Positions 9,432-18,831 of a stretch of DNA of 64,000 nucleotides are shown piece after piece. Source of the DNA: Candidatus Staskawiczbacteria bacterium. Lineage in GTDB: Bacteria; Patescibacteriota; Minisyncoccia; Minisyncoccales; Staskawiczbacteraceae. A program made the translations under genes and the position numbers. Each line of letters begins with the position of its first letter. Position 1 is the first letter of the stretch. The notes beneath the pieces are model-generated. The model was not told the DNA's origin, searched no databases, and saw only the letters and a program-made list of their open reading frames with translations. Where the stretch lies: NCBI GenBank assembly GCA_903885445.1, contig CAISIO010000036.1, positions 37,485 to 101,484 on the forward strand. The letters are read 5' to 3'.

Positions 9432-10214
9432 ATGACAATTCTAGAAGCAGGGCTAGCTACAGAACACAATCATGAAGGTGAAAAAATAGACGCATTTGAG
9501 GAAGGGCAGGGGATTATGGCAAAAGTTGCTGAGATGGGTTTTGCCGGGTATGCCGAGACTTTGCCGGACTTAGCCGATGCTTTTGACTTGGAAAAACATA
9601 GGCCTCCTGAAAATATGCGCAAATGCATGTGTTGTATGGATGAAAGAACTCCTTATGGGGTCCATTTGGCCGGGAGTGGCATTCTTCTATCAGAAAAAGC
9701 CTTTAAGGAGGCGTTTGAAAAATCTGGCGCGAAATGTATTACAAGCCATAAGGGTTGTGGCGCTGCGGGAATCTATGCGAAGCAAATAGAGTCAACAGAG
9801 GATCCGGATGTTGTCGGATGGAACTGGGCCGAGGAAAGAGCCAAGGAATTAGGAATCTCGCATGAGCACCTGGAAGTTGAAAAGCCGTTCCATTTTGCGC
9901 GCGTTTGTTATTATGATGGAACGGGAAAATTTAATTACGCGGGAGTTGAGGGCTTGCCGGCGGGGTTTGTTGTCGGGAGGAAAAACATGGATGAAAAAGC
10001 GTCGTTGGCAGAATGCGGAGTGGCTGAAAGCATAGCTTTTGGAGACCACGGCTTTGGCAGGGAAATGCTAAATGAATCAAATCCGTTTTGGTTTGTGGCA
10101 ATTGGGAGTACGCCAGAAGAAACGGAAAAACTTAGAGAAGAATTGGCCGAGCTTGTCCACGCGGAGGGTAATAACATTATGATTGATGGATTTACTGCTC
10201 CGGAAGAAAAATAA
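9432..10214 (+). CDS. Hypothetical Cys-rich protein
   Basis: 260-aa ORF starting 3 nt after tRNA-Ala. Cys cluster CMCCMDER...HKGCGAAG. Higher GC than neighbours. No family recognised. Confidence 0.55.
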   Translation: MTILEAGLATEHNHEGEKIDAFEEGQGIMAKVAEMGFAGYAETLPDLADAFDLEKHRPPENMRKCMCCMDERTPYGVHLAGSGILLSEKAFKEAFEKSGAKCITSHKGCGAAGIYAKQIESTEDPDVVGWNWAEERAKELGISHEHLEVEKPFHFARVCYYDGTGKFNYAGVEGLPAGFVVGRKNMDEKASLAECGVAESIAFGDHGFGREMLNESNPFWFVAIGSTPEETEKLREELAELVHAEGNNIMIDGFTAPEEK

Positions 10215-10351
10215 ATAGAGCCGATATTTTACAAAAAACCACCAATTGGCGGTTTTTTACGTATAGTTAATACAAAGATAATACAGAAGGGATATAATTT
10301 AAAAAGAAAGGTCGCAAAAAATAATTATAATTAAAAAGTAAATTTACTAAT

Positions 10352-10552
10352 ATGTATACATTAACTTGCAAAGACATGGGAGTTGGTACGTGCGATTACG
10401 TTGCCAAAGGAAAAACTAAAGAGGAGGTAATTAGGATGTTGGAAGAGCATGCAATGAAGGAGCATCCGAAAGAAATAAAGGATATGATGGCAAAAAACAC
10501 AAAAGAAGAGGTGGAGGATATGATGGCAGATAAGATAAAGGAAGAGATGTAA
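10352..10552 (+). CDS. DUF1059-family small metal-binding protein
   Basis: 66 aa, pattern M..L.C.D.G..CD....G.T.EEV......H....H typical of DUF1059. Confidence 0.55.
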   Translation: MYTLTCKDMGVGTCDYVAKGKTKEEVIRMLEEHAMKEHPKEIKDMMAKNTKEEVEDMMADKIKEEM

Positions 10553-10639
10553 ATACTGATTTGATGGAAATAATACCCAGTAAAAACAGTCCTTTAGGGG
10601 ATTGTTTTTATTTTTTATTTTTGTTATTATTATGCTTGT

Positions 10640-11821
10640 ATGAATTATAAAAAGATAATTTGGCCGGCTGTTTTAGTTATTTGTTCGGCCGTTTTTTTGG
10701 GGCTGGGCATTTGGATAGGTGTAAATAAAATCGCGTATCATGTTCCGCAGCCGGGAACAATTGACTTTTCGCTTTTTTGGGATGCATACGGAAAGCTGAA
10801 ACAAAATTTTATTAGCCCGTCGAAAATAGATAATAATAAAATACTTTATGGCGCAATCGAAGGAATGGCAAATTCGCTGGGAGACCCTTATACCAGTTTT
10901 TTTGACCCGAGCCAGGCGCAAAGATTCCAGCAGGATTTGTCGGGTTCCTTTAACGGGATAGGAGTGGAAGTTGGAGTAAAAAAAGATGTGCTCACGGTTA
11001 TAGCTCCACTAAAAGGAACTCCGGGACAAAAGGCAGGATTAAAATCCGGAGATATGATTGTGAAAATAGACGGCAAAGATTCGTCCAATATGACAGCCGA
11101 CGAAGCGGTGAGTTTAATCCGAGGAACAAAAGGAACAACCGTGACGTTAACTATTTTAAGGGACGGCTGGACTCAGACAAAAGACATTAAAATAATCAGG
11201 GACACCATAAAAGTCCCTTCTATCGAATGGTCTCTGAAAAACAACGACGTGGCATATATACAAATCTACCAGTTTGACGACACGCTTCCTTCTGATTTTA
11301 AGAAAGCCGCGCTTGAAATTGTGCAAAGCAAGGCAAAGAAAATCGTTCTAGACTTAAGAGATAATCCCGGAGGATATCTTGCCGCCGCCCAGGAAATTGC
11401 CGGATGGTTTTTAGGAAACGGGCAAACAGTCACGATTGAGGATTTTGGGAAAGCAAAAGCGCAACAGATTTATAAGGCCGAGGGCAACTCAGATTTTGAA
11501 AATTATCCGATGGTTATTTTAATCAACGAGGGTTCAGCGTCGGCGTCGGAAATTTTGGCCGGGGCGTTAAGAGATGACCGCAACATAAAACTCATTGGAA
11601 ATAAATCTTTTGGAAAAGGATGCGTACAGGAAGTTGTTGATTTACCGGGCGGCTCGTTTTTGAAGGTGACCATTGCCAACTGGCTGACTCCAAAAGGCAG
11701 CTCAATCTCGGATATCGGGCTTACTCCGGATGTAAAGATTGATGTGACTGAAAAAGACATTCAAGACAAAAAAGACCCGCAATTGGATAAAGCTCTTGAA
11801 ATAGTAGACAACTTAAAGTAG
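10640..11821 (+). CDS. ctpA: S41-family C-terminal processing peptidase
   Basis: N-terminal TM, PDZ domain (GLKSGDMIVKIDG), S41 catalytic motifs (LDLRDNPGGYL ... ILINEGSASASEILAGAL). Confidence 0.85.
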   Translation: MNYKKIIWPAVLVICSAVFLGLGIWIGVNKIAYHVPQPGTIDFSLFWDAYGKLKQNFISPSKIDNNKILYGAIEGMANSLGDPYTSFFDPSQAQRFQQDLSGSFNGIGVEVGVKKDVLTVIAPLKGTPGQKAGLKSGDMIVKIDGKDSSNMTADEAVSLIRGTKGTTVTLTILRDGWTQTKDIKIIRDTIKVPSIEWSLKNNDVAYIQIYQFDDTLPSDFKKAALEIVQSKAKKIVLDLRDNPGGYLAAAQEIAGWFLGNGQTVTIEDFGKAKAQQIYKAEGNSDFENYPMVILINEGSASASEILAGALRDDRNIKLIGNKSFGKGCVQEVVDLPGGSFLKVTIANWLTPKGSSISDIGLTPDVKIDVTEKDIQDKKDPQLDKALEIVDNLK

Positions 11822-11856
11822 AATACAAATATTGAGCTTAACCAAAATAAAAAAAC

Positions 11857-12324
11857 ATGAAAGTAATCATATTGCAAGACGTTGAAGGTCTTGGAAAAAA
11901 ATACGAATTAAAAGAAGTGAAAAGCGGATACGCAAGGAATTTTCTGCTTCCGCAAAAATTGGCCAGGGCCGCCACAAAGCCCGCCTTAAAATGGCTGGCC
12001 GACCAAAAAGAGGTTATCGATAAAGAAGTAGAAGAAGACCTGAAAAAAGCGCAGGCATTAGCTTCAGAACTCGACGGGCTGGAAGTTAATATCGCGGTGA
12101 AGGTTGGCGACGAGGGGCAGCTTTTCGAATCTATAAACAGCCAAAAAATTGTTGAGAAATTAAAGGAGCTGGGATTTGAGATTAAAAAATCTCAGGTCAA
12201 GCTGGAAAACCCGATAAAGGATGTTGGAGAATTCCCGGTGAGCATAAGCCTAGACCATAATTTAGAGTCAGAAATAAAAGTGATAATAACAGCGGAAAAA
12301 GTTGATGGAAAAATAGAAGAATAA
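11857..12324 (+). CDS. rplI: 50S ribosomal protein L9
   Basis: [32 protein letters not shown] matches L9 N-terminus. Confidence 0.9.
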   Translation: MKVIILQDVEGLGKKYELKEVKSGYARNFLLPQKLARAATKPALKWLADQKEVIDKEVEEDLKKAQALASELDGLEVNIAVKVGDEGQLFESINSQKIVEKLKELGFEIKKSQVKLENPIKDVGEFPVSISLDHNLESEIKVIITAEKVDGKIEE

Positions 12325-12404
12325 AAATTAAAAACCTAGCCAAGGGCTAGGTTTTTTTCTATAATGAAATTAGCGTAGCGATATAATAAATAAAAACATA
12401 AATT

Positions 12405-14027
12405 ATGCCGCCAAAATATATTTTCGTTGTGGGGGGAGTAATGTCGAGCGTGGGCAAAGGAGTTGCCTCGGCTTCAATTGGAAAAATTTTGCAGTCCCGG
12501 GGCTTTACAGTCGCCAACATAAAGTGCGATATGTATGTCAACATTGACGCGGGCACAATCAGGCCGGCCGAGCACGGAGAGGTTTTTGTGGGAGAAGACG
12601 GAGTTGAGGCAGACCAGGATTTGGGGAATTACGAACGTTTTACAAACCAAGATTGCGTCCGGGACAATTATATAACAACCGGCCAGGTTTACCAGGAAGT
12701 AATCAAGCGCGAAAGAAATCTTGAGTATGGGGGCGAAGACGTGGAAGTTGTACCTGATATTCCTAACGAAATAATAAGAAGAATCAAATCCTGCCAAAAG
12801 AAAAATAAATCTGAAATTACAATCGTTGAATTTGGCGGAACAGTGGGCGAGTATCAGTTGCTTCTGTTTTTGGAAGCGGCAAGAATGCTGAAATGGAAAG
12901 AGCCGAAAAATGTTTTCTTTGTTTTGGTGAGTTATTTGCCCACGCCTTCGCTCCTTGGCGAACAAAAGTCAAAGCCGACGCAATATGCGGTCAGGACGCT
13001 AAACTCTGCGGGAATTTCTCCTGACTTTATTTTGTGCCGAGCAGACAGACCTGTATCTGACAGCATAAAAAATACAATCAGCACAGTTTGCAGTTTGGAC
13101 AAAGAACGCATAATGTCGGCTCCAGACGTTTACTCTATTTATGACGTTTTGCTGAATTTTGAGAAAGAAAATCTTGGAGGAATAATTTTGAAGGCCATGG
13201 GATTAAAGGCAAAGCAAACAGACCTGAAAGACTGGAGAACATTTTCAGAAAAAGTTAAGAATATAAATAAAGAAGTTACCATCGGAATTGTGGGCAAATA
13301 TTTTAATTTTAAATCGTGCAGAGATACATACATTTCGGTTATCGAATCAATAAATCACGCAGCTTGGTGGCACAACGCAAAACCAAATATTGTCTGGTTA
13401 GATTCAGAAAAATATGAGAACCATCCTGAAGAGTTAAAAGAGTTAGATAAAATGGACGGGATTATTGTGCCCGGCGGATTTGGCAAACGGGGAACTGAAG
13501 GGATGATAATGGCAGCCGATTACGCCTTTAGAAAAAAGATTCCTTATTTCGGGCTTTGCCTGGGAATGCAAATTATGACAATTGCGTTCGCAAGGATGAT
13601 TTTAAAAACCGAAGATGCAAACTCAACAGAGCTCGATGCTAAAACAAAAAACCCGGTCATATCGACAATGGCAGAACAAAAAAAACTGCTAAAAGAAAAA
13701 CATTATGGCGGAACAATGAGGCTTGGCGCTTGCCCGGCAAAATTGGAGAAAAAGTCTTTAAGTTTTGAAGCTTATAAAGCTGAAAATATTTCTGAGAGAC
13801 ACAGGCACAGATATGAGTTTAACAATGATTATAGAGATGTTTTAGAAAGAAACGGCCTGAGAATAGCCGGCGTAAACCCGGAAAGAAATCTAGTTGAAAT
13901 TGTAGAAGCCGAGGACCATCCGTGGATGGTGGGCGTACAGTTCCACCCCGAGTTTAAATCAAGGCCCTTGGCGCCCCATCCGCTATTTAAAGAGTTTTTG
14001 CGGGCGGCAATAAAAAAGCAAAAATAA
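12405..14027 (+). CDS. pyrG: CTP synthase
   Basis: KYIFVVGGVMSSVGKGVASASIG synthetase N-terminus, C-terminal glutamine amidotransferase (GLCLGMQ). Confidence 0.95.
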   Translation: MPPKYIFVVGGVMSSVGKGVASASIGKILQSRGFTVANIKCDMYVNIDAGTIRPAEHGEVFVGEDGVEADQDLGNYERFTNQDCVRDNYITTGQVYQEVIKRERNLEYGGEDVEVVPDIPNEIIRRIKSCQKKNKSEITIVEFGGTVGEYQLLLFLEAARMLKWKEPKNVFFVLVSYLPTPSLLGEQKSKPTQYAVRTLNSAGISPDFILCRADRPVSDSIKNTISTVCSLDKERIMSAPDVYSIYDVLLNFEKENLGGIILKAMGLKAKQTDLKDWRTFSEKVKNINKEVTIGIVGKYFNFKSCRDTYISVIESINHAAWWHNAKPNIVWLDSEKYENHPEELKELDKMDGIIVPGGFGKRGTEGMIMAADYAFRKKIPYFGLCLGMQIMTIAFARMILKTEDANSTELDAKTKNPVISTMAEQKKLLKEKHYGGTMRLGACPAKLEKKSLSFEAYKAENISERHRHRYEFNNDYRDVLERNGLRIAGVNPERNLVEIVEAEDHPWMVGVQFHPEFKSRPLAPHPLFKEFLRAAIKKQK

Positions 14028-14066
14028 CAAAAAACCGCCCCTCGATAAGATTGGGCGGTTTTTTTA
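14028..14066 (+). terminator. Rho-independent terminator after pyrG
   Basis: AAAACCGCCC-loop-GGGCGGTTTTTTT. Confidence 0.6.
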
Positions 14067-14071
14067 AAATA

Positions 14072-14359
14072 CTATTTTGTTTTTTTGAGTTCTACAGAGA
14101 CCACTTTAGCTATTCTCCTTGCTCCATTGAAAAGTTCTTTAGATTTAGAAGAAAATTTTACCACGCCGTCTTTCATTGCGTAGATGGAATCGTCAGATCC
14201 TTTTTTGACGTTTTTGCCCAAAAGGTATCTTGTTCCGCGCTGCCTAATAATAATCATCCCCAGCTTAACTTTTTCCCCGGCATTGACCTTAATTCCAAGT
14301 CTTTGCGCGGCAGAATCTCTTCCTAACCTGGAGGAACCTCCTTGTTTCGTATGTGCCAT
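14072..14359 (-). CDS. rpmA: 50S ribosomal protein L27
   Basis: [24 protein letters not shown] ... IIIRQRGT matches L27. Confidence 0.9.
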   Translation of the reverse strand: MAHTKQGGSSRLGRDSAAQRLGIKVNAGEKVKLGMIIIRQRGTRYLLGKNVKKGSDDSIYAMKDGVVKFSSKSKELFNGARRIAKVVSVELKKTK

Positions 14360-14376
14360 TTTTTAGATATTAAAAT

Positions 14377-14559
14377 TTGTATTTTGTGTATAATAGTATG
14401 TTATCAGAAATAAGAGAGTTTGTCAAAGGCCATTTTAATGATATAATGCTATTTATAATAGTTATGCTTTTAATTCTGCTGGCGTTTGCCTCAGGATATA
14501 TAACCGCAAAATACCAGTTAAAAGCGCCAATACAAATAACAAATCAATCAAAAATATGA
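14377..14559 (+). CDS. Small hypothetical membrane protein
   Basis: 60-aa ORF with one TM helix, stop overlaps uppS start. Weak. Confidence 0.3.
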   Translation: MYFVYNSMLSEIREFVKGHFNDIMLFIIVMLLILLAFASGYITAKYQLKAPIQITNQSKI

Positions 14560-15257
14560 ATGTTCCACAGCATATAGTTTTATTTCCTGACGGCAACAGA
14601 AGATGGGCAAAACAGAAAGGCTTAAATACGTTAGAAGGCCACAAAAAGGGCTACGAAAACCTTTTGGATTTTGCCGAGTGGTGTAAAAATAGGGGAGTAA
14701 AGACTCTTACTGCTTTTGGTTTTTCAACAGAAAATTGGAACAGAAGCCCGAAAGAAGTTGATTATTTAATGAAACTGCTGGAAACCGGCCTGATAAAAAA
14801 CGTGGAGAAATATATGAAGGACGAAAAATGGCAGGAGTACGGAGTAAGGCTAAAAGTCATCGGGCAGATAGAAAGGCTGCCAAAATCCTTGCAAGAGGCA
14901 ATTAAACGCGCCGAGGAGACGACAAAAAACAATAATAAGCTTCAATTAAACCTGGCTGTAAGCTACGGAGGGAAATGGGATATTTTAAACGCGGTTAAAA
15001 AGATTGTTGAGTCGGGAGTTCCTGTAGAAAAAATAGACGAAAAATTATTTGAGAGTTATTTATCTACTGCCGGATTGCCAAACCCTGATTTGATAATAAG
15101 AGCCGGTGGAGAAATGCGAATGTCTAACTTTGTTTTGTGGCAGGCAGCTTATTCTGAATTATATTTTTCTCCAAAACTCTGGCCTGATTTTACAGAAAAA
15201 GATTTAGACGAAGCTTTAACCGAATTCGACAGAAGATCGCGCCGTTTCGGCAAATAA
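14556..15257 (+). CDS. uppS: Undecaprenyl-diphosphate synthase (cis-isoprenyl transferase)
   Basis: HIVLFPDGNRRWAKQKGL ... AFGFSTENWNRSPKEVDYLM. Confidence 0.9.
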   Translation: MNVPQHIVLFPDGNRRWAKQKGLNTLEGHKKGYENLLDFAEWCKNRGVKTLTAFGFSTENWNRSPKEVDYLMKLLETGLIKNVEKYMKDEKWQEYGVRLKVIGQIERLPKSLQEAIKRAEETTKNNNKLQLNLAVSYGGKWDILNAVKKIVESGVPVEKIDEKLFESYLSTAGLPNPDLIIRAGGEMRMSNFVLWQAAYSELYFSPKLWPDFTEKDLDEALTEFDRRSRRFGK

Positions 15258-15352
15258 AAAAGCTCGGGAATAAACTTTTCGAGGCGATGGCTGGCTCCCC
15301 TGAAAGAGAGGACCCGGAGCCGAGAAAAGATTGTTTCCGAGCTTTTTTTGCC
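15258..15352. terminator. Compound bidirectional terminator (long stem GCTCGG/CCGAGC enclosing inner GGCTCC/GGAGCC hairpin, T-runs on both strands)
   Basis: Between convergent uppS and LAGLIDADG genes. Interleaved alternative pairing CGAGGC/GCCTCG also possible. Confidence 0.5.
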
Positions 15353-15357
15353 TCGTG

Positions 15358-15852
15358 CTAATTTGTTTTTGAGAGGGCTTTTGCCATATCCAGCCATTTT
15401 GGCGCCCGTGGCTTACTTTTGTATTTTGCAGATGATTTATGGATTTCTATAAGAGAGCATATTTCATTCTTTTTCCAGCCCGCCAGCGCAAGCCCTTTGT
15501 TTTTGTAGATTATTTCCACGCCTTTTGCCCAAAGCTCAAAATCTTTCTTTTTATTTTCCGCCAAACAGTTTTTCTTAAAAAAGGGGACTACGGTCTCGGC
15601 AATGTCGCTGATTTTCTGCACAGAGAACCTTGCCTGGTCTTTTGATAAAGTAATTTCTCCACAACCGATTTCTTTTTTTATTTTCTCTAAAATTTTAATA
15701 TCATTTCTGGGCCCTGTAACAATAAATTGCGCCTTCCACCTGTAGTAAGTGGGGGAGTTGGTTCTTTCATGCCGTGTGTCTTTGCGAAACTGCAAATCAA
15801 AACATCCGTCATTGTTCACCAATTTTGCCACGCTAAATTTTTCTGCCGCCAT
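15358..15852 (-). CDS. Free-standing LAGLIDADG-family homing endonuclease
   Basis: FSVAKLVNNDGCFDLQFRK resembles the LAGLIDADG motif (L[AV]GxxDxDG.F) in a ~160-aa single-motif protein. Own TTGACA-17-TAAAAT promoter upstream. Confidence 0.6.
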   Translation of the reverse strand: MAAEKFSVAKLVNNDGCFDLQFRKDTRHERTNSPTYYRWKAQFIVTGPRNDIKILEKIKKEIGCGEITLSKDQARFSVQKISDIAETVVPFFKKNCLAENKKKDFELWAKGVEIIYKNKGLALAGWKKNEICSLIEIHKSSAKYKSKPRAPKWLDMAKALSKTN

Positions 15853-15897
15853 AAATTACTTTTTTTATATTAGATTATTTTAGTATACGTTAATTTT

Positions 15898-15911
15898 AAT
15901 TGTGCGACAAG
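15898..15911 (-). repeat. 14-bp motif copy A (CTTGTCGCACAATT, minus orientation)
   Basis: One of 8 copies of TTTGTCGCACAATA-like motif. Lies in the -35/-10 spacer of the LAGLIDADG promoter. Confidence 0.7.
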
Positions 15912-16011
15912 TCAATGTCAAGCACTGTCTTCTTTATTAGGCAATTATCATTTCGCAGGCATATATTTTTTGACTTGTTTATTAATTTTTAAAACATGAT
16001 AAACTTAAAAT

Positions 16012-16719
16012 ATGTTAAGCGAAATTTTTGTTACGTCGTCTTTTGATCAATTGAAGGATTTATTTTTTCATCAATTGACGATATTGAATATCGCGTCTGC
16101 TTATATCTTGATGTATGTTATATACAAGGCATTTGGTCGTTATGTTTATTTTAAACCCCAGGAACATGCATCGAAAATAAATCGGACATTTCTCACTTTG
16201 TCAATAATTATTGTCTCAATTAACGTTATCTGGGGGATATCAAATTATTTGCCAGTTTTATCAGAATATCGCGGGTTTTATATGTTATGTGGTCTAGTTA
16301 TCCTTATGGCTCCGCTAAGTATTATTATGGATAGAATGATTTGGAAGTATGACTCTAACGGACGCAAAGAACGAAGAGATTGGCACTATTATTATTTGCA
16401 AATATCTAGGGATTATTATAAAACCAATATCACTAAAAGCGAGCGACATGATAACTATAGTGAAACATGGGAGGAGGAGGCGGTGGAAAGTACCGAAAAG
16501 AATATTCACTCTGATGCCCTGCTAAACATACTTGCGCTAGCTTTTTTTATTGGTGTCAGCGGGAAATGGGCTTATGAAAGTGCTAAAAATTATGGATACT
16601 TATCGTACATATTTTCTATTATTATTTGCCTTACAATCTCGAGTATTTTTTTGGATCATACTGTATTTTCCTGGATATCTTACATCGAAAAAGAAGGCCG
16701 AAAATTATTCAGAAAATAA
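16012..16719 (+). CDS. Hypothetical polytopic membrane protein
   Basis: 235-aa ORF, several TM helices, very AT-rich. Confidence 0.5.
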   Translation: MLSEIFVTSSFDQLKDLFFHQLTILNIASAYILMYVIYKAFGRYVYFKPQEHASKINRTFLTLSIIIVSINVIWGISNYLPVLSEYRGFYMLCGLVILMAPLSIIMDRMIWKYDSNGRKERRDWHYYYLQISRDYYKTNITKSERHDNYSETWEEEAVESTEKNIHSDALLNILALAFFIGVSGKWAYESAKNYGYLSYIFSIIICLTISSIFLDHTVFSWISYIEKEGRKLFRK

Positions 16720-16751
16720 AAATATTTATTGACTAAAAATTAAATAAAAAT

Positions 16752-17120
16752 ATGAAATTTTTACCAAATACATCAAAAGAATATCCGCTTCGTTTATTTA
16801 TCTATTGGTTAATAATATGGGCATTGTTATTCTTGTATTCCACAGTAATAATGTTGCCCAGAATATCAAGTAATGGATATGTTGTTAGAAAAGATGTGTG
16901 TTTGGAAGAAGCCCCTGCAGGCAGATTCGGCGAATATACTAAGTGCATTGATTATGGTGATCCCTATTACGTTCCGATCGGGAAGGAGCTTATGAATAAC
17001 TTTAAAAATAATGGGGTTGGTAGTTTTTTTGTTATACTTATAGTTAGTTTTGTTTTAATGGGTGGTAAAAGATTTGAAGAGAAACAAAGTAAAATTTTAG
17101 CAGAAAAATACGGCAAATGA
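16752..17120 (+). CDS. Hypothetical membrane protein
   Basis: 122-aa ORF, 2 TM helices. Confidence 0.45.
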   Translation: MKFLPNTSKEYPLRLFIYWLIIWALLFLYSTVIMLPRISSNGYVVRKDVCLEEAPAGRFGEYTKCIDYGDPYYVPIGKELMNNFKNNGVGSFFVILIVSFVLMGGKRFEEKQSKILAEKYGK

Positions 17121-17154
17121 AAAAATATATTAAATATTAAAAATACAGAATAGT

Positions 17155-17688
17155 ATGAATAAGAATGTTATCTATCTGATCTGTGCAGTATTATTAGTTG
17201 TCACTATTTGCAGTTTATTTTTTGCATACAATAATTCTAAAAATGTAGCTGTTGTTCCTAAACAAAATTTTGGTGGGGCTAATTTTTTTATGAATAATGT
17301 ATCGCAATGTCCTGATAATGTTAGCGTTCCTGATCAATTTTCTTGTTTGTATGAACTTGCAGACGCAACCGACAAGGAAGCAAATACTCTAGCTGAAAAA
17401 CTTATTTCTCAGGCGCCTATCCGCCTGGAAGAGATAACCATAAAAAAGACTGGACCAGTTTCATTTGTATATGGCGGAAGTGGTTTTTTAACCGATTTAC
17501 CCGTACAGGTTAAAAGGGCTCAACAAGCAAAGGATGAATATATAAAAAGTGTCTGCAACTTAACTTCAATGACTATTTATGCTGGTAGCGGGATGGATTT
17601 AGAGCAAAATGCTTGTAGGTATTACTTTACCAATGAATATCTACAAATATTAAAAAGCCTAGAAGGAGGTTTAACTGTGGAAGAATAA
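17155..17688 (+). CDS. Hypothetical secreted/membrane-anchored protein
   Basis: 177-aa ORF with N-terminal signal/anchor. Terminator hairpin AAAGCCACC..GGGTGGTTTTTT at 17765-17792. Confidence 0.5.
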   Translation: MNKNVIYLICAVLLVVTICSLFFAYNNSKNVAVVPKQNFGGANFFMNNVSQCPDNVSVPDQFSCLYELADATDKEANTLAEKLISQAPIRLEEITIKKTGPVSFVYGGSGFLTDLPVQVKRAQQAKDEYIKSVCNLTSMTIYAGSGMDLEQNACRYYFTNEYLQILKSLEGGLTVEE

Positions 17689-17728
17689 TTGAATGAAAAA
17701 GATATTTAATGTTAGTTTCGAGGACTTT

Positions 17729-17742
17729 CATTGTGCGACAGA
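17729..17742 (-). repeat. 14-bp motif copy B (TCTGTCGCACAATG, minus orientation, imperfect)
   Basis: Between stop of 17155..17688 and its terminator hairpin. Confidence 0.6.
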
Positions 17743-17805
17743 TTGAATGTACAGACTAAATAAAAGCCACCTTTTACTTTGGGTGGTTTTTTGGTAGAAT
17801 CATTT

Positions 17806-18151
17806 TAAGGAAGGAGGTGCGGTATGAAGAAACGCCGCGCTGCCTAAAAGAGGTCCGGAGTGGTGATCTCTCTCATAGCCCGTAAGGCTACAACAAGGCA
17901 AACGGCAAGTTCAAAGGTTCTCTTGCTACTTGTTGCGCGGAATAGCGTTGTACCCTCGTGAGAGATGTTAAACCAAGCTGCCTTCGGGAGATGGCAATCC
18001 CAACAGAGAGAAGGTAAACAACGAGAGGCTAACCATGCCTTTGGCCATGCATGCTGGCCCAGGTAAAGAGACAATTGTTCTCAGCACAGAGGAGCTAATG
18101 ATATGCTCTTCTACTTTCATGGGCGTGCATCTCTGTCCGCCCGTTTTTTTT
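17806..18151 (+). ncRNA. Candidate GC-rich structured RNA (~345 nt), class unknown
   Basis: Extended -10 TGGTAGAAT at 17792-17800. GC-rich segment with many nested helices (e.g. GAUCUCUCUCAU/GUGAGAGAUG, CAACAAG/CUUGUUG enclosing GCAAG/CUUGC, GGCCA/UGGCC, GAGGAGC/GCUCUUC, UUCG tetraloop). Ends in GGGCG..CGCCC + T8 terminator at 18121-18151. Only ORFs are a 7-codon MKKRRAA after AAGGAGG and an antisense junk ORF. Confidence 0.4.
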
Positions 18152-18164
18152 AATATATTGCGTT

Positions 18165-18767
18165 ATGAAAGAAGGGAAAAAATTTGGTGGGACTTTTTTG
18201 TTTTTCGATACGGAGACTACCGGGTTGCCGCTTAATTGGCGCGCGCCCGTAGATGATTTTTCTAATTGGCCCAGGATGGTGCAGATAGCTTGGGTGCTTT
18301 ATAAGGATGGAGTTAAACTTAGCAGCAGTAATTTTATAATTATGCCCGAAGGTTTTGAAATACCGGCTGAATCCTCAAAAATTCACGGCATAACAACTGA
18401 GCGAGCTAAAAAAGACGGCGTTTCTTTGCTGAAAGTTTTGAAGCAATTCCAAGGTTGCGCGGCAAAAGCAGACTTCTTGGTTGCTCATAATATGAGTTTT
18501 GACCAAATGATTGTCGGCGCAGAATTATTAAGAATGAATATGCAAAATTTCCTTGTTGCAAAAGACAGAATTTGTAATATGGAAATTTCTACAAATTTTT
18601 GCGCAATCTCAAGCGTGAACGGATACGGCGGTTACAAATGGCCCAAGCTTTCAGAACTCCACATGAAATTATTCGGCACGGAATTTGAAGATTCCCACAA
18701 TGCTATGGCCGACGTAGAGGCTACGGCAAAATGTTTTTGGGAAATGAAAAACCGCGGCATAATATAA
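18165..18767 (+). CDS. DEDDh 3'-5' exonuclease (DNA polymerase III epsilon/DnaQ-like)
   Basis: Exo I FFDTETTG, Exo II HNMSFDQ, Exo III HNAMADVEAT. Confidence 0.8.
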   Translation: MKEGKKFGGTFLFFDTETTGLPLNWRAPVDDFSNWPRMVQIAWVLYKDGVKLSSSNFIIMPEGFEIPAESSKIHGITTERAKKDGVSLLKVLKQFQGCAAKADFLVAHNMSFDQMIVGAELLRMNMQNFLVAKDRICNMEISTNFCAISSVNGYGGYKWPKLSELHMKLFGTEFEDSHNAMADVEATAKCFWEMKNRGII

Positions 18768-18795
18768 AAAAAGAGGGAATTGAGCCCTCTTTTTT

Positions 18796-18819
18796 ATCGG
18801 CTCAACGCGTTGACCCGAT
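18796..18819. other. Candidate dif-like tyrosine-recombinase core site (9-6-9: ATCGGCTCA-ACGCGT-TGACCCGAT)
   Basis: Near-perfect inverted arms around a 6-bp spacer, 13 nt from the xer gene stop, at the point where gene orientation flips. Confidence 0.4.
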
Positions 18820-18831
18820 GGATTGTTATGA

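Noticed and set aside
17811-17834. 7-codon ORF MKKRRAA behind AAGGAGG at the 5' end of ncRNA 1 as a leader peptide
   Set aside because: Could be real (attenuation) but is equally explained by structural GC-rich sequence. Not listed as a CDS.
17844-18074. 76-aa minus-strand ORF inside candidate ncRNA 1
   Set aside because: Antisense to the promoter/terminator-defined transcript. Trp/Cys-rich junk-like.
17806-18151. Tried to assign ncRNA 1 to RNase P, tmRNA, SRP or 6S
   Set aside because: Fragments resemble RNase P P4 (AAAGAGGUCCGG, ACAGAGGAGC) but the two strands cannot pair. No tRNA-like T-arm (GGUUC) for tmRNA. No SRP domain-IV motif. Left unclassified.
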